DNA of 64,000 nt. It comes from Nitrospirota bacterium. GTDB taxonomy: Bacteria > Nitrospirota > UBA9217. The position numbers and the translations under genes are program-made. The stretch is taken from the NCBI GenBank assembly GCA_023229435.1, contig JALNZF010000012.1, positions 30,086-94,085 of the forward strand, in the 5' to 3' direction. How positions within the stretch are numbered: the first letter of the stretch is position 1; each line of letters opens with the position of its first letter. The notes under the pieces are model-generated. The model saw only the letters and a program-made list of their open reading frames with translations, did not search any database and was not told the origin of the DNA. Shown piece by piece: positions 20,626-30,847 of this stretch.

Positions 20626-22674
20626 AACGTGAAAAAATCGGTTACCGTTAAATACAAATACTTGCTATCGGTTTCTGTCGCCCTTTTAACATTCATTGTC
20701 TATCTCCCCGCCCTTAGCAATGAGTTCGTGTACTGGGACGACAACCGCTATATTTTCGAGAACCCGAATATCCGGTCACTTGATGCTGTGTTCTTTCGAT
20801 GGGCCTTCCTTGACTTCCACATAAGCAACTGGCATCCCCTCACCTGGATATCCCACGCCATTGACTACGCCCTCTGGGGGCTGAATCCCCTGGGGCATCA
20901 TTTGACGAATATCGTTCTTCACGCAATCAACACCGCCCTGGTTGTTGTGCTGGCTCTGAAGCTGCTCGATGTTATAAGAGAGCGATCAGCACAGAATGGT
21001 GCCGCCTCGTTCCTGAACGATTGGACGATCCTGATCGCCGCGGGAACAACGGGTCTGTTGTTCGGCATCCATCCCGTACATGTGGAGTCCGTGGCCTGGG
21101 TATCGGAGCGGAAAGACCTGCTATGCGCCCTGTTCTTTCTGCTGAGCGTCATAGCATATGTGAAATATGCCAGAGATCAGGGGTTAGGGGTCAGGGGTCA
21201 GGGGGCAGAAGGCGGAAACTCTAAGGCGAGTCTAAAGAAGGTATTCACCAACAGGCATTTTCTGCTTAGCCTTGGGTTTTTTATCCTTGCGCTTATGAGC
21301 AAGCCCATGGCGGTGACCCTTCCCGTGGTGCTGCTGATTCTGGACTGGCATCCTTTCGGCAGGATATGGTCCCTGAGAACAGCATGGCCATCGATTGTCG
21401 AGAAGCTCCCCTTTATCATCTTGAGTATTGTTTCATCGATAATCACCATTGCAGCGCAGAGCGCCGGCAAGGCTTTCCAAACGCTGGACTTTGTACCATT
21501 GTCCGAACGAGCGTTGGTCGCGGCAAAAGCACTTGTTGCGTACCTTGGGAAGATGCTGCTGCCGCTGAACCTGGTTCCCTTTTATCCCTATCCCCGGGAG
21601 GTGTCGCTGTTCTCCTTCGAATATCTTTCAGCGATCGGACTTGTGATCGGGGTGACTGCAGCATGCGTGGTCCTGGCGAGGAAACGGAAGTTGTGGCTCA
21701 CGGCCTGGGGATACTACGTTGTTACGCTCATTCCCGTGCTCGGCATTGTCCAGGTCGGGGGACAATCCATGGCTGACCGCTATGCCTATCTGCCCAGCCT
21801 GGGATTGTTCCTGATCGCGGGTCTCGGTGCGGGGTGGATTGCGGCAATAGTTTCCACAGGGGAAAAACAGAGATGGATCATCAAGGGATTGAGCGTCTCC
21901 GTTGCCCTGCTCCTCGCTGCTTCCCTGTCCTATCTGACCGTCAGGCAAATAATTGTATGGCGGGACAGTTCCAGCCTATGGACGTTCGTGATCGAGAAGG
22001 GAAGCGAAAAGATCCCCATGGCGTATGTGAATCGAGGCGCCGCTTTTCAAAAGTCAGGGCTGCTTGACAAAGCCGTTGCGGATTATGAAACAGCCATTGA
22101 CCTGGACCCAACGGACGATAAAGCGTACATTTCTCTTGGGGCGGTCTTTGAACAAATGGGCCGATTCGACAGGGCACAGGAGGCCGTTGAGAAAGCCATT
22201 GCCTTGAACCCGTCTTCTCACGAAGCGTTTCGAAATCGAGGCGTTCTCCTTGAGAAGATGGGCCGGCTCGATGAGGCCATTGCGGATTATACCAGGGCAA
22301 TCGCCTTGCAGCCGTCTTATTTTGAAGCGTATAATAATCGCGGATTGACCTACGCAAAGACAGGACGGCTTGAGGAGGCCATTGCGGATTACAGCGATTC
22401 GATCGCGATCAATCCGCGTCATTTTAACGCCTACCTGAACCGCGGCGTTGCCTTTACCCTTATTGGGCAGTATGACAGGGCATTGGAAGACTTTAACCGG
22501 GCGATTCTCCTGGGGCAGGACGATGCCGTCGCCTATTACAATCGCGGGATGCTCTATCGGAGAATCGGTAATAACGAACTTGCTTTATCGGACGTTCGGA
22601 AAGCATGCGATTTCGGGAACGAAAGAGCGTGCGGCGCACTGCATCAGTTGATGCAAGGCATGAATCCCCAATAG
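20626..22674 (+). CDS. TMTC-like TPR membrane protein (paralog)
   Basis: ORF open from 20602. A conserved GAGGTTGAACGTG context places a GTG start at 20626. It contains a GVRGQG low-complexity loop, 8 TPRs and the CDFGNERAC tail. Confidence 0.8.
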   Translation, partial: NVKKSVTVKYKYLLSVSVALLTFIVYLPALSNEFVYWDDNRYIFENPNIRSLDAVFFRWAFLDFHISNWHPLTWISHAIDYALWGLNPLGHHLTNIVLHAINTALVVVLALKLLDVIRERSAQNGAASFLNDWTILIAAGTTGLLFGIHPVHVESVAWVSERKDLLCALFFLLSVIAYVKYARDQGLGVRGQGAEGGNSKASLKKVFTNRHFLLSLGFFILALMSKPMAVTLPVVLLILDWHPFGRIWSLRTAWPSIVEKLPFIILSIVSSIITIAAQSAGKAFQTLDFVPLSERALVAAKALVAYLGKMLLPLNLVPFYPYPREVSLFSFEYLSAIGLVIGVTAACVVLARKRKLWLTAWGYYVVTLIPVLGIVQVGGQSMADRYAYLPSLGLFLIAGLGAGWIAAIVSTGEKQRWIIKGLSVSVALLLAASLSYLTVRQIIVWRDSSSLWTFVIEKGSEKIPMAYVNRGAAFQKSGLLDKAVADYETAIDLDPTDDKAYISLGAVFEQMGRFDRAQEAVEKAIALNPSSHEAFRNRGVLLEKMGRLDEAIADYTRAIALQPSYFEAYNNRGLTYAKTGRLEEAIADYSDSIAINPRHFNAYLNRGVAFTLIGQYDRALEDFNRAILLGQDDAVAYYNRGMLYRRIGNNELALSDVRKACDFGNERACGALHQLMQGMNPQ

Positions 22675-22870
22675 CGCATCATACCCCGGAAGGGGGCGAT
22701 GAAGAACGCTACCCAATGCTTTTTAGTAACCGAGGAATCAAATTCTTCTCAGGATGAAAAGAATATTTTGCCGTAAAAGGCACAGAGAACTAAAATAAAC
22801 TGGAGCTTTTTCTTACCGGTGAATCGGCTTCTCTTTGTGCTCCAGGTGAATTCTATGGCGGAGGTTGACG

Positions 22871-24457
22871 GTGCAAAGACCCCGGCTCGGTAAATACTAT
22901 CTTGCAGCATCGATAGCACTAATAACATTCATTGTCTATCTCCCGGCCCTTCACAATGAGTTCGTGTACTGGGACGACAACCTCTACATCTTCGAGAACC
23001 CGAATATCCGGTCGCTCGATGCGGGTTTCTTTCGATGGGCCTTCCTTGAGTTCCACGTAAGCAACTGGCACCCCCTCACCTGGATATCCCATGCCCTTGA
23101 CTACGCCCTCTGGGGGCTGAATCCCCTGGGGCATCATTTGACGAACATCATCCTTCATGCCGTCAACACCGCCCTTGTCGTACTCCTGGCCCTGAAGCTG
23201 CTTGAGTTCGTGAGGGAGCGGTCAGCACGGAATGGTGCCGCCTCGTTCCTGAACAACCGGACGATCCTGATCGCCGCGGGAGCGACGGGTCTGCTGTTCG
23301 GCATCCATCCCGTACATGTGGAATCCGTGGCCTGGGTGTCGGAGCGGAAGGACCTGTTGTGCGCCCTGTTCTTCCTGATGAGCGTCATCAGTTATGCGAA
23401 CTATGTGTCCTATAAGACGTATAAGACCTATATGCTCACTCTTGGGTTCTTTGTCCTTGCGCTGATGAGCAAGCCCATGGCGGTGAGCCTTCCCGTGGTG
23501 CTGCTGATCCTGGACTGGCATCCGTTCAGCAGGATCCGGTCTCTAAGAACGGCATGGGCATCCATTGTCGAGAAACTTCCCTTTATTTTTTTGAGTCTGC
23601 TTGCCTCCCTGCTCACGATTCTGGCGCAAAGAGAGGGAAATTCCATGGCATCCCTGGAATTTGTGCCATTATCAACCCGCCTGTTGGTAGCAGGCCAGTC
23701 CCTCGTTGTGTATATACAGAAGATGCTGCTGCCCCTGAATCTCATGCCTTTGTATATCTATCCAAAGGACGTGTCCCTGTTCTCGTTCAAGTATGTATCA
23801 ACGCTTCTTCTGGTGATGGGTACTACAGCGATCTGCGCGGTCCTTGCGCGGAAACGGAAAAGCTGGCTGTCCGTCTGGGGCTTCTATGTGATAACGCTCA
23901 TACCCGTCCTCGGCATCATCCAGGTAGGGAACCAGCCCATGGCGGACCGGTATGCGTATTTGCCCAGCCTTGGCCCCTTCCTGCTTGCGGGCGCAGGCGC
24001 GGCATGGATCTCTGAAAAGGCGCTCAGGGAAGAACGACGGGGACTGTTTATCAGGGGAGTCGGCATCATCATTGCCCTTCTTTTGGTTTTTTCCCTGTCC
24101 TATCTGACCGCCAGGCAAACTGCCGTATGGAAGGACAGTCTCAGCCTCTGGACATATGTCATCGAGAAGGAGCCCGGAAAGATCCCCCTGGCCTATAATA
24201 ATCGCGGTATGGTATTCTACAAAGCCGGTGTGTTTGACAAGGCGATTGCGGACTTCGATCGCGCCATTGGCATGGATCCGGAATATGCAAAGGCCTACTA
24301 TAACCGCGGATCAACGTATGATAAAATGGGCGAGCTTGACAAGGCGATCGCTGACTACAGAAAAACAATTTCACTGGACCCGTATTATTATGAAGCCCAT
24401 TATTTTCTCGATCAAGCCTTGGAAAAGACCGGTCAGGCTGACAAGCGAACGCGATGA
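22871..24457 (+). CDS. TMTC-like TPR membrane protein (paralog)
   Basis: A conserved GGAGGTTGACGGTG context places a GTG start at 22871 (the tool start is TTG at 22865). Motif set as in the paralogs. Shorter TPR tail. Confidence 0.8.
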   Translation: MQRPRLGKYYLAASIALITFIVYLPALHNEFVYWDDNLYIFENPNIRSLDAGFFRWAFLEFHVSNWHPLTWISHALDYALWGLNPLGHHLTNIILHAVNTALVVLLALKLLEFVRERSARNGAASFLNNRTILIAAGATGLLFGIHPVHVESVAWVSERKDLLCALFFLMSVISYANYVSYKTYKTYMLTLGFFVLALMSKPMAVSLPVVLLILDWHPFSRIRSLRTAWASIVEKLPFIFLSLLASLLTILAQREGNSMASLEFVPLSTRLLVAGQSLVVYIQKMLLPLNLMPLYIYPKDVSLFSFKYVSTLLLVMGTTAICAVLARKRKSWLSVWGFYVITLIPVLGIIQVGNQPMADRYAYLPSLGPFLLAGAGAAWISEKALREERRGLFIRGVGIIIALLLVFSLSYLTARQTAVWKDSLSLWTYVIEKEPGKIPLAYNNRGMVFYKAGVFDKAIADFDRAIGMDPEYAKAYYNRGSTYDKMGELDKAIADYRKTISLDPYYYEAHYFLDQALEKTGQADKRTR

Positions 24458-24559
24458 ACCCTTTCGCATGAACGTTGAGAGATCAAAGCATGACGCCTTG
24501 CAGTCCGGTTTATTCAGTTATACTGTCCCATCGTTTGCTCAAGATTCTGGAGGTTAAGG

Positions 24560-26479
24560 GTGCAACGAACCCGGCTCGTTAAATATTCTCTTGCTGCTGC
24601 GACAGCCCTGCTGACGTTTATCGTCTATCTTCCGGCCCTTCGCAATGAATTCGTGAACTGGGATGATATGCGGTATATTGTCGAAAACCCCGATATTCGT
24701 TCATTCGATGCGGCGTTTTTTCGATGGGCGTTCCTTGGTTTCCATATAGGCAACTGGCACCCTCTCACCTGGATATCCCATGCCCTTGACTACGCAATCT
24801 GGGGACTGAATCCCCTGGGGCATCACCTGACGAACATCATCCTGCATGCAGTCAACACCGCTTTCGTTGTTGTGCTGGCCCTGAAGCTGCTCGATTTTAT
24901 GAGGGAGCGGTCAGCACAGAATGGTGCCGCCTCATTCCTGAACAACCGGACGATCCTGATAGCGGCGGGAGCGACGGGACTGTTGTTCGGCATCCATCCC
25001 GTGCATGTGGAATCCGTGGCCTGGGTCGCGGAGCGGAAGGACCTGTTGTGCGCATTATTTTTTCTGCTGAGTATCATCTGGTATGCGCACTATGTGTCCT
25101 CTAAGACGTATAAGACCTATATGCTCACTCTCGGGTTTTTCGTCCTTGCACTGATGAGCAAGCCCATGGCGGTGAGCCTTCCCGTGGTGCTGCTGATCCT
25201 GGACTGGCATCCGTTCAGCAGGATCCGGTCTCTCAGAACAGCAGGGGTCTCTTTTGTCGAGAAACTTCCCTTTATCTTGCTCAGTATTGCGTCATCGGTC
25301 CTGACTATTCTTGCACAGAGGACGGAAGGGGCCATGGCATCAACTGAGGTCGTCCCCTTGTCCATCCGAATGCTCGTTGCGGCAAAATCCCTTATCCTGT
25401 ATTTGGGGAAGATGATCGTGCCAATGGATCTGATCCCCTTCTACCCCTATCCGAAGGATGTATCGCCCGCCTCGTTCGCGTATCTTTCAACGCTTGCCCT
25501 GATGATCGCGATCACGGCGGCCTGCGTGATCATTGCAAAAAGAAATCGCTCCTGGCTCTCGGCATGGGGATATTATGTCGTGACCCTGCTCCCCGCGCTC
25601 GGCATTGTCCAGGTGGGGGCGCAGGCCATGGCGGACCGGTATACGTATCTGCCCAGCCTCGGACCGTTCCTGATCATTGGTTCAATCGCGGCCTGGACCT
25701 CGGCCAAAATCCAGGAACGATGGGGAGTGAGCAGACAACGCTTGTTGAACGCCGGAGTCCTGCTTATATTCGGTCTTCTGTCTTATGCTACAATACAGCA
25801 GACCCGGATATGGCATGACAGCGTAACCTTCTGGAGCTATGAACTGGAAAAAGAGCCTGATGCGAATATCGCCTATGTGAACCGGGGGGAGGCCTTCGCG
25901 AAGCGTGGTCAGTTGGACAAGGCGATCAGGGATTTCACAGAGGCGATTTCCCGAAAACCGTCCGATTATAAGGCATTCTACAACCGGGGCATCCTGTTCT
26001 CGAAATTGAACCTCGTTTCTCAGGCGCTGGCCGACTACAGCGAGGCGATTGCGCTGAAACCGTCGTATTATGATGCCTATAATAGCCGGGGCGCGTTGTA
26101 TGCAAAACGGGAACAGTTTGACAAGGCACTTGCGGATTACACTGCGGCGATCTCGATCGATCCATCGCGCAGCCAGGCGTACATGAACAGAGGTCTGACG
26201 TATGACAGGGCGGGGCAGGTGGACAAAGCGCGTGCGGATTTCGATAAGGCGATAGCCCTCGATCCAAACAATGCCGATGCCTATTACAACCGGGGATTGT
26301 TCTTCAACAAGGCAGGAAGGCTCGATGCCGCGCTCGCGGACCTGGACCGGGCCATCACTCTGAATCCGGGAGATCCTGATGCCTATTACAATCGGGGGGT
26401 GGTGTTTCAGAAAACGGGACAGGTCGATAAGGCAGATCAAGACTTTCTGCTCTGGAAGGAACATTCTGCAAGTCAATAA
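24560..26479 (+). CDS. TMTC-like TPR membrane protein (paralog)
   Basis: GGAGGTTAAGGGTG context with GTG start at 24560. 639 aa. Nine TPRs in the tail. Shares near-identical ~85-nt tracts with 22871..24457. Confidence 0.8.
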   Translation: MQRTRLVKYSLAAATALLTFIVYLPALRNEFVNWDDMRYIVENPDIRSFDAAFFRWAFLGFHIGNWHPLTWISHALDYAIWGLNPLGHHLTNIILHAVNTAFVVVLALKLLDFMRERSAQNGAASFLNNRTILIAAGATGLLFGIHPVHVESVAWVAERKDLLCALFFLLSIIWYAHYVSSKTYKTYMLTLGFFVLALMSKPMAVSLPVVLLILDWHPFSRIRSLRTAGVSFVEKLPFILLSIASSVLTILAQRTEGAMASTEVVPLSIRMLVAAKSLILYLGKMIVPMDLIPFYPYPKDVSPASFAYLSTLALMIAITAACVIIAKRNRSWLSAWGYYVVTLLPALGIVQVGAQAMADRYTYLPSLGPFLIIGSIAAWTSAKIQERWGVSRQRLLNAGVLLIFGLLSYATIQQTRIWHDSVTFWSYELEKEPDANIAYVNRGEAFAKRGQLDKAIRDFTEAISRKPSDYKAFYNRGILFSKLNLVSQALADYSEAIALKPSYYDAYNSRGALYAKREQFDKALADYTAAISIDPSRSQAYMNRGLTYDRAGQVDKARADFDKAIALDPNNADAYYNRGLFFNKAGRLDAALADLDRAITLNPGDPDAYYNRGVVFQKTGQVDKADQDFLLWKEHSASQ

Positions 26480-26516
26480 CAGCAATTAATTCACCGGGGA
26501 ATACGAACAGTACAAA

Positions 26517-28895
26517 ATGGATAAATTATATAAACAGAAAAGTCTTCTCTTGTTTCACAAGTTGTTGCCGGCAATTCAGAAGCACAAGCTTTCCTTCATA
26601 TGGGTTTCAGCCATAGCTGTCGGGACACTCCTGCCCGCGGCACTGTCTCTCGCATCGGGCCACACGCTGGTTTGGCGTGATACTTCGAAACTGTTTCAGC
26701 CTATCCGGCCTCTCATTGTGGAAGCGTTGAGAAATTTTCAACTGCCGCTGTGGAACCCCCATGAAGCTCTCGGCATCCCGCTTTTCGCGCAAATGATGCA
26801 TGGCGTCCTTCATCCAATATCAGTGATGGGGGCCTTCCTGTTTCCTCAAGCCGGCATGGATGTTTTTATTCTTATCTACATCATGCTTGCTGCCCTGGGG
26901 AGCGCGCTGCTGGCACGCATTCTCGGCGCTTCATGGGGAGCGGCCGCCATTACAGGCTTCGGCTACGGACTCTCGGGATACGTGCTGGGCATGGGCTCGA
27001 TCATCCAGTATCTGTGCGCGGCCGCCAGCGCCCCGTGGGCTCTCATCGGATTGCGCATGGCAGGAGAAAATCGGCGCTTCGGGATTGTTGCTGCGGCGTC
27101 CGCCATTGCTGTCCTCCATTTTGCCGGAGACCCCGAGTGGTCGATTATAGCCATTATACTCGGCATTGCTTTGGCGATTGAGGCGGGCGGGCGGCGGGGT
27201 CTCATCTACGCATTACTCGGTATTGCGATCGGAACCGCGCTCGCCGGGATCCAGTTGATACCAACAATGGCATATTTCCGCGAAGCGTCTCGTGCCATTG
27301 AACTTGACCCCCTTGACCGCATGCAATGGGCGCTTGCGCCCTGGAGAATCGTCGAATTTATCGTTCCGGGTTTTTTTGGCAGTCCCGGTATAGGATTGGA
27401 AAAATGGTCTGTATTCATGTGGCTCGGCGGACTTGTCCGGTCCGGGTTCGAAATGCCCTTTGTTCCAAGTGTCTTTGTAGGGGCGGGCATTCTGGTATTG
27501 GCCGCAGCGGGCCTCTCACATTCACGCGTAACCCGAATATTCGGCATTGCCTCGCTCATACTTTTGTGGCTTGCGCTCGGGACCAATGCCGGGGCCGAAC
27601 AGCTTCTGCATTACATTCCGATCTGGGGTAAATTTCGTTACTCGGAAAAGTTGGTTGGGCCTCTGACGCTTTGTCTTTCGATCCTTGCCGCGTTCGGCGC
27701 AGATCGGTTATCAAACCAACCTTCGCGGTTTCGGGCAGTTCTTGCGGGCGCTGCAGGTATTGCGTGCCTGCTCTTATCCATATTCATAGCGAATTGGCAG
27801 GGCTTCGAGCTATTCTTCCTGGAGACCGCTGCGCGTGATGCGGCTCCCTCTCTTCGACATAATCTTGCAACCGGGCTTGTGCATGCCGCTCTGATGCTCC
27901 TCGCGATCACATGCCTTATTGCCGCCGCCCGTCGTTGGCATCACGTACGGGTTCACTTCCCTGCGGCAGCTGCCGGGCTGGTTTTTTTACAATTGTCGCT
28001 TGCCGCTCCGTTTGCGATGCACACCGGGGAGCGCGCTGTCCGTGATGATCATCCCTTGTCACAGATTGCAAATACCGGAGAACTCCCAAGAATAGCAACA
28101 CCGCTCGAAAGAAACTATCTTTACCCGGCAGAACTCAATCAATTCGATGCCCAGATCGGCGTTCAGTCGCACATGGGAGTGCCTTCCTATAATGTTCCGT
28201 CACACATTGATCAGCTGGACACCTATACCGGCTTACGACCCCGGCGTTTCGAATTGCTCCTCCGCACGTTATCTAAAGAGTTCGGGGTTCAGTCCGTTCT
28301 TGCCTTGCGGCGTTATGCAGTCACGCACATGATGATCAAGAATCCTTATTTTGAGGATGAAACCGCAGTTGCAAATGCAGCGAGCGCGGGAGGGGTGAAG
28401 GTATTAAACAACAATGAATGGGGTTTTTCGGGATGGAAGGTGCCTCATCGTCCCTGGACGTTTTTTGCGGAGCAGATGGTGATCGCCCGAGGTGAAAAGG
28501 AGGCACTCAATACCCTCGTTGAAACGCTGGAGCGCGGGGGATCAACAGTAGTTCTCGAAGATGCGCCGCAATCGAACGAGTTAGCCGCAGGACAGGTTCT
28601 TGATATTGTGCGAAGCAGCGACGCTTTAAGGATCGAGGCCACGTCCCGCGCCAACGGCATTCTTGTTGTCAACGACTCGTATTGGCCCGGCTGGAGGGCA
28701 ACCATCGACGGGAAAGACGTGCCGATATGGCGCGCTGATTTCATCGTTCGCGCCATGCCATGGCCTGCGGGCCATCATGTGCTCGAGATGAAGTATGATC
28801 CACCGGAGGTGCGGATAGGATGGCTCATCAGCTTGCTTGGCGCTATCGCGCTTATTGCAGCGTCGGTTTTTGAGTTGAGAAGAAAACGATCATAA
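26517..28895 (+). CDS. YfhO-family polytopic membrane protein (GT-C-like glycosyltransferase)
   Basis: 792 aa with many TM helices. N-terminal LPLWNPHEALGIPLFAQ matches the YfhO 'PLWNPY.FSG.P' signature. The C-terminal ILVVNDSYWPGWRATIDGKDVPIWRADFIVRAMPWPAGHHVLEMKYDPPE matches the YfhO C-terminal 'SY.PGWKA.VDGK...RAN..F..V.VP.G.H.VE..Y.P' block. Confidence 0.75.
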   Translation: MDKLYKQKSLLLFHKLLPAIQKHKLSFIWVSAIAVGTLLPAALSLASGHTLVWRDTSKLFQPIRPLIVEALRNFQLPLWNPHEALGIPLFAQMMHGVLHPISVMGAFLFPQAGMDVFILIYIMLAALGSALLARILGASWGAAAITGFGYGLSGYVLGMGSIIQYLCAAASAPWALIGLRMAGENRRFGIVAAASAIAVLHFAGDPEWSIIAIILGIALAIEAGGRRGLIYALLGIAIGTALAGIQLIPTMAYFREASRAIELDPLDRMQWALAPWRIVEFIVPGFFGSPGIGLEKWSVFMWLGGLVRSGFEMPFVPSVFVGAGILVLAAAGLSHSRVTRIFGIASLILLWLALGTNAGAEQLLHYIPIWGKFRYSEKLVGPLTLCLSILAAFGADRLSNQPSRFRAVLAGAAGIACLLLSIFIANWQGFELFFLETAARDAAPSLRHNLATGLVHAALMLLAITCLIAAARRWHHVRVHFPAAAAGLVFLQLSLAAPFAMHTGERAVRDDHPLSQIANTGELPRIATPLERNYLYPAELNQFDAQIGVQSHMGVPSYNVPSHIDQLDTYTGLRPRRFELLLRTLSKEFGVQSVLALRRYAVTHMMIKNPYFEDETAVANAASAGGVKVLNNNEWGFSGWKVPHRPWTFFAEQMVIARGEKEALNTLVETLERGGSTVVLEDAPQSNELAAGQVLDIVRSSDALRIEATSRANGILVVNDSYWPGWRATIDGKDVPIWRADFIVRAMPWPAGHHVLEMKYDPPEVRIGWLISLLGAIALIAASVFELRRKRS

Positions 28896-28928
28896 TAGAA
28901 ACATCGTGCGCAATTCATCAGGGGACAA

Positions 28929-30557
28929 ATGATAATGAATACCTCGGTTAATGTACGTATCTCACAGAAGCGTACGCTGTTATCTGTTCTGGTAATCCTA
29001 TTGGTCGCCGGTGGTATCTATGCCAACAGCCTTTCCAATGGCTTCGTCCTGGACGATGAACTAATTATCGCGGGTAATCCCGCAACCCGCCATTTGAGCG
29101 GCATCGGCGATGTGCTCTTTTCTCCCGATGTCATTAAACCCTATTACCGTCCCCTGAACCGCGCAAGCTACCTGATCGACTACCAGTTGTTCGGCCTCAA
29201 TCCCGCCTGGTTTCACGCAATCAACATCATCATCCACGCGCTGAGTGCGGTCCTGCTGTATCTGGTCGCCTCCCGTCTGCTGGCTGACAACTACGCCGCT
29301 CTGTTCGCGGCGCTGCTGTTCGCGGTGCATCCCGCCAACAGCGAAGCGATCAATTTCATTTCAGCACGGAACACGCTCCTGGCGGGATGCTTCAGCCTTG
29401 CGTCGCTGCTCGCCTTCATGAAGGCCCGCGAGAAGGGCGTACGCCTGCCTTTCCTTTCGGCGTTTCTGTTCTTTCTCGGACTTCTCAGCAAGGAGACCGC
29501 GTTCATGCTGCTTGTAGTAATCGCCGTTTACACGTTCTCCCCGTCTCCCTGGTTTGTCGGGAAAAAGCTGCGGGACCGGTTGATCTCTCTGGTCCCGTAT
29601 CTGGCCGCGGTGGTTGTTTATTTCGCGATGCGTTTCTATTCTCTGCAGGGCATGTTCGGGACCGACATCACCGGCGGAAATCTCTTCAGCCGTCTCGCGA
29701 TGAATTATCACATCATTCCCCAATATATCGGACTGCTGTTGTTCCCGATTGACCTGACAATTTTTCATACAGCGTTAAAGGGAGGTTTCGCGACGCATCT
29801 CGCAATATGGATAGCGCTTTTCATTGCGGTCTGGCTCTGGCTGGTGGCGCGCCGGCGCAATCAAGCAGCCCTGTTCGGCCTGGTTTGGTGCGTGGTCAAT
29901 TATGCGCCGATATCCAATATTGTTCCGATCCCGAGCGAGGCATTTACCGAGCGATTTCTGTACATGCCTGCGATCGGGTTCTTCATTATTGCGGGCGCGT
30001 GCTTTGAACGTCTTCAGGCTGAAGGCAGTCTTAAAAAGGCTGTAAAGCCCGTTGCGGTCCTTCTGTTGCTGCTGTGCGCCGCAATGGCCTTCCAGCGGAA
30101 CCGTGACTGGATGAATGATTACACCCTGTTTGCGAGCGGAGTAAAGAACGACCCCGCCTCAGCTGAGGCCCGCTTCAATCTCGGCACTGCCCTTTTGCAG
30201 GATAAAAACGATAGCGAGGCGGCACGCCGGGAATGGGAAGCAGCGCTGAGCCTGGACCCCCGCCACGCGGATGCGCTTATGCAGATGGGGACCTATGCGG
30301 CAATGACGGGTGACCTGCGGAAGGCCGAGCAGTTTTACCTGTCAGCATTAGCCGCGCCTCCCGGCAGGAGCGACCCGGACAAGTGCATGGCGCATTTCAA
30401 TCTGGGAAAAATTTATGAAAAGCAGCGGCGGCCCCAAGAGGCCCTGCAGCAATATGAATTGTTCCTCAACTATGTCAGCCTGCGCTATAATGAATATACG
30501 CCTGTTGCTGCACAAAGGGCGGCACATTTGCGTATTGGAGTTACTAAGAATAAGTAA
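28929..30557 (+). CDS. TMTC-like TPR membrane protein (most divergent paralog)
   Basis: 542 aa. Motifs: FVLDDELIIAGNP, YYRPLNRASYLIDYQLFGLNPAWFHAINIIIH, HPANSEAINF. The TPR-like C-terminus includes ARFNLGTAL and AHFNLGKIY. Confidence 0.7.
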   Translation: MIMNTSVNVRISQKRTLLSVLVILLVAGGIYANSLSNGFVLDDELIIAGNPATRHLSGIGDVLFSPDVIKPYYRPLNRASYLIDYQLFGLNPAWFHAINIIIHALSAVLLYLVASRLLADNYAALFAALLFAVHPANSEAINFISARNTLLAGCFSLASLLAFMKAREKGVRLPFLSAFLFFLGLLSKETAFMLLVVIAVYTFSPSPWFVGKKLRDRLISLVPYLAAVVVYFAMRFYSLQGMFGTDITGGNLFSRLAMNYHIIPQYIGLLLFPIDLTIFHTALKGGFATHLAIWIALFIAVWLWLVARRRNQAALFGLVWCVVNYAPISNIVPIPSEAFTERFLYMPAIGFFIIAGACFERLQAEGSLKKAVKPVAVLLLLLCAAMAFQRNRDWMNDYTLFASGVKNDPASAEARFNLGTALLQDKNDSEAARREWEAALSLDPRHADALMQMGTYAAMTGDLRKAEQFYLSALAAPPGRSDPDKCMAHFNLGKIYEKQRRPQEALQQYELFLNYVSLRYNEYTPVAAQRAAHLRIGVTKNK

Positions 30558-30847
30558 CCTAAGCAAATACCACGGAGAAGGCCACGGAATGTCACGGATG
30601 CGTTTTTGACTTTATTCAGAGGTTTGATGTGTCCGTGTCATTACTGCTTTCGGGTCTGCTTGAGTAACCGGATGTGGTGAAATCCCCAGACTGTTATGGC
30701 CTTATGACGAAATAATATTAAATGAGCAATGGCTTAAAGTAGCAATTTGTTGTTAAACAAGCCTTTTATTAAAATAATATTCGTAGCATGGCGGTTGCAG
30801 TAACATCAAACAAGAAACAAGCGCTTGTTCAAAAAAACAAATAGATT

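Noticed and set aside
25682-26485. 267-aa ORF antisense to the TMTC paralog 24560..26479
   Set aside because: Antisense shadow. It overlaps the TPR region whose sense translation is clearly TPR.
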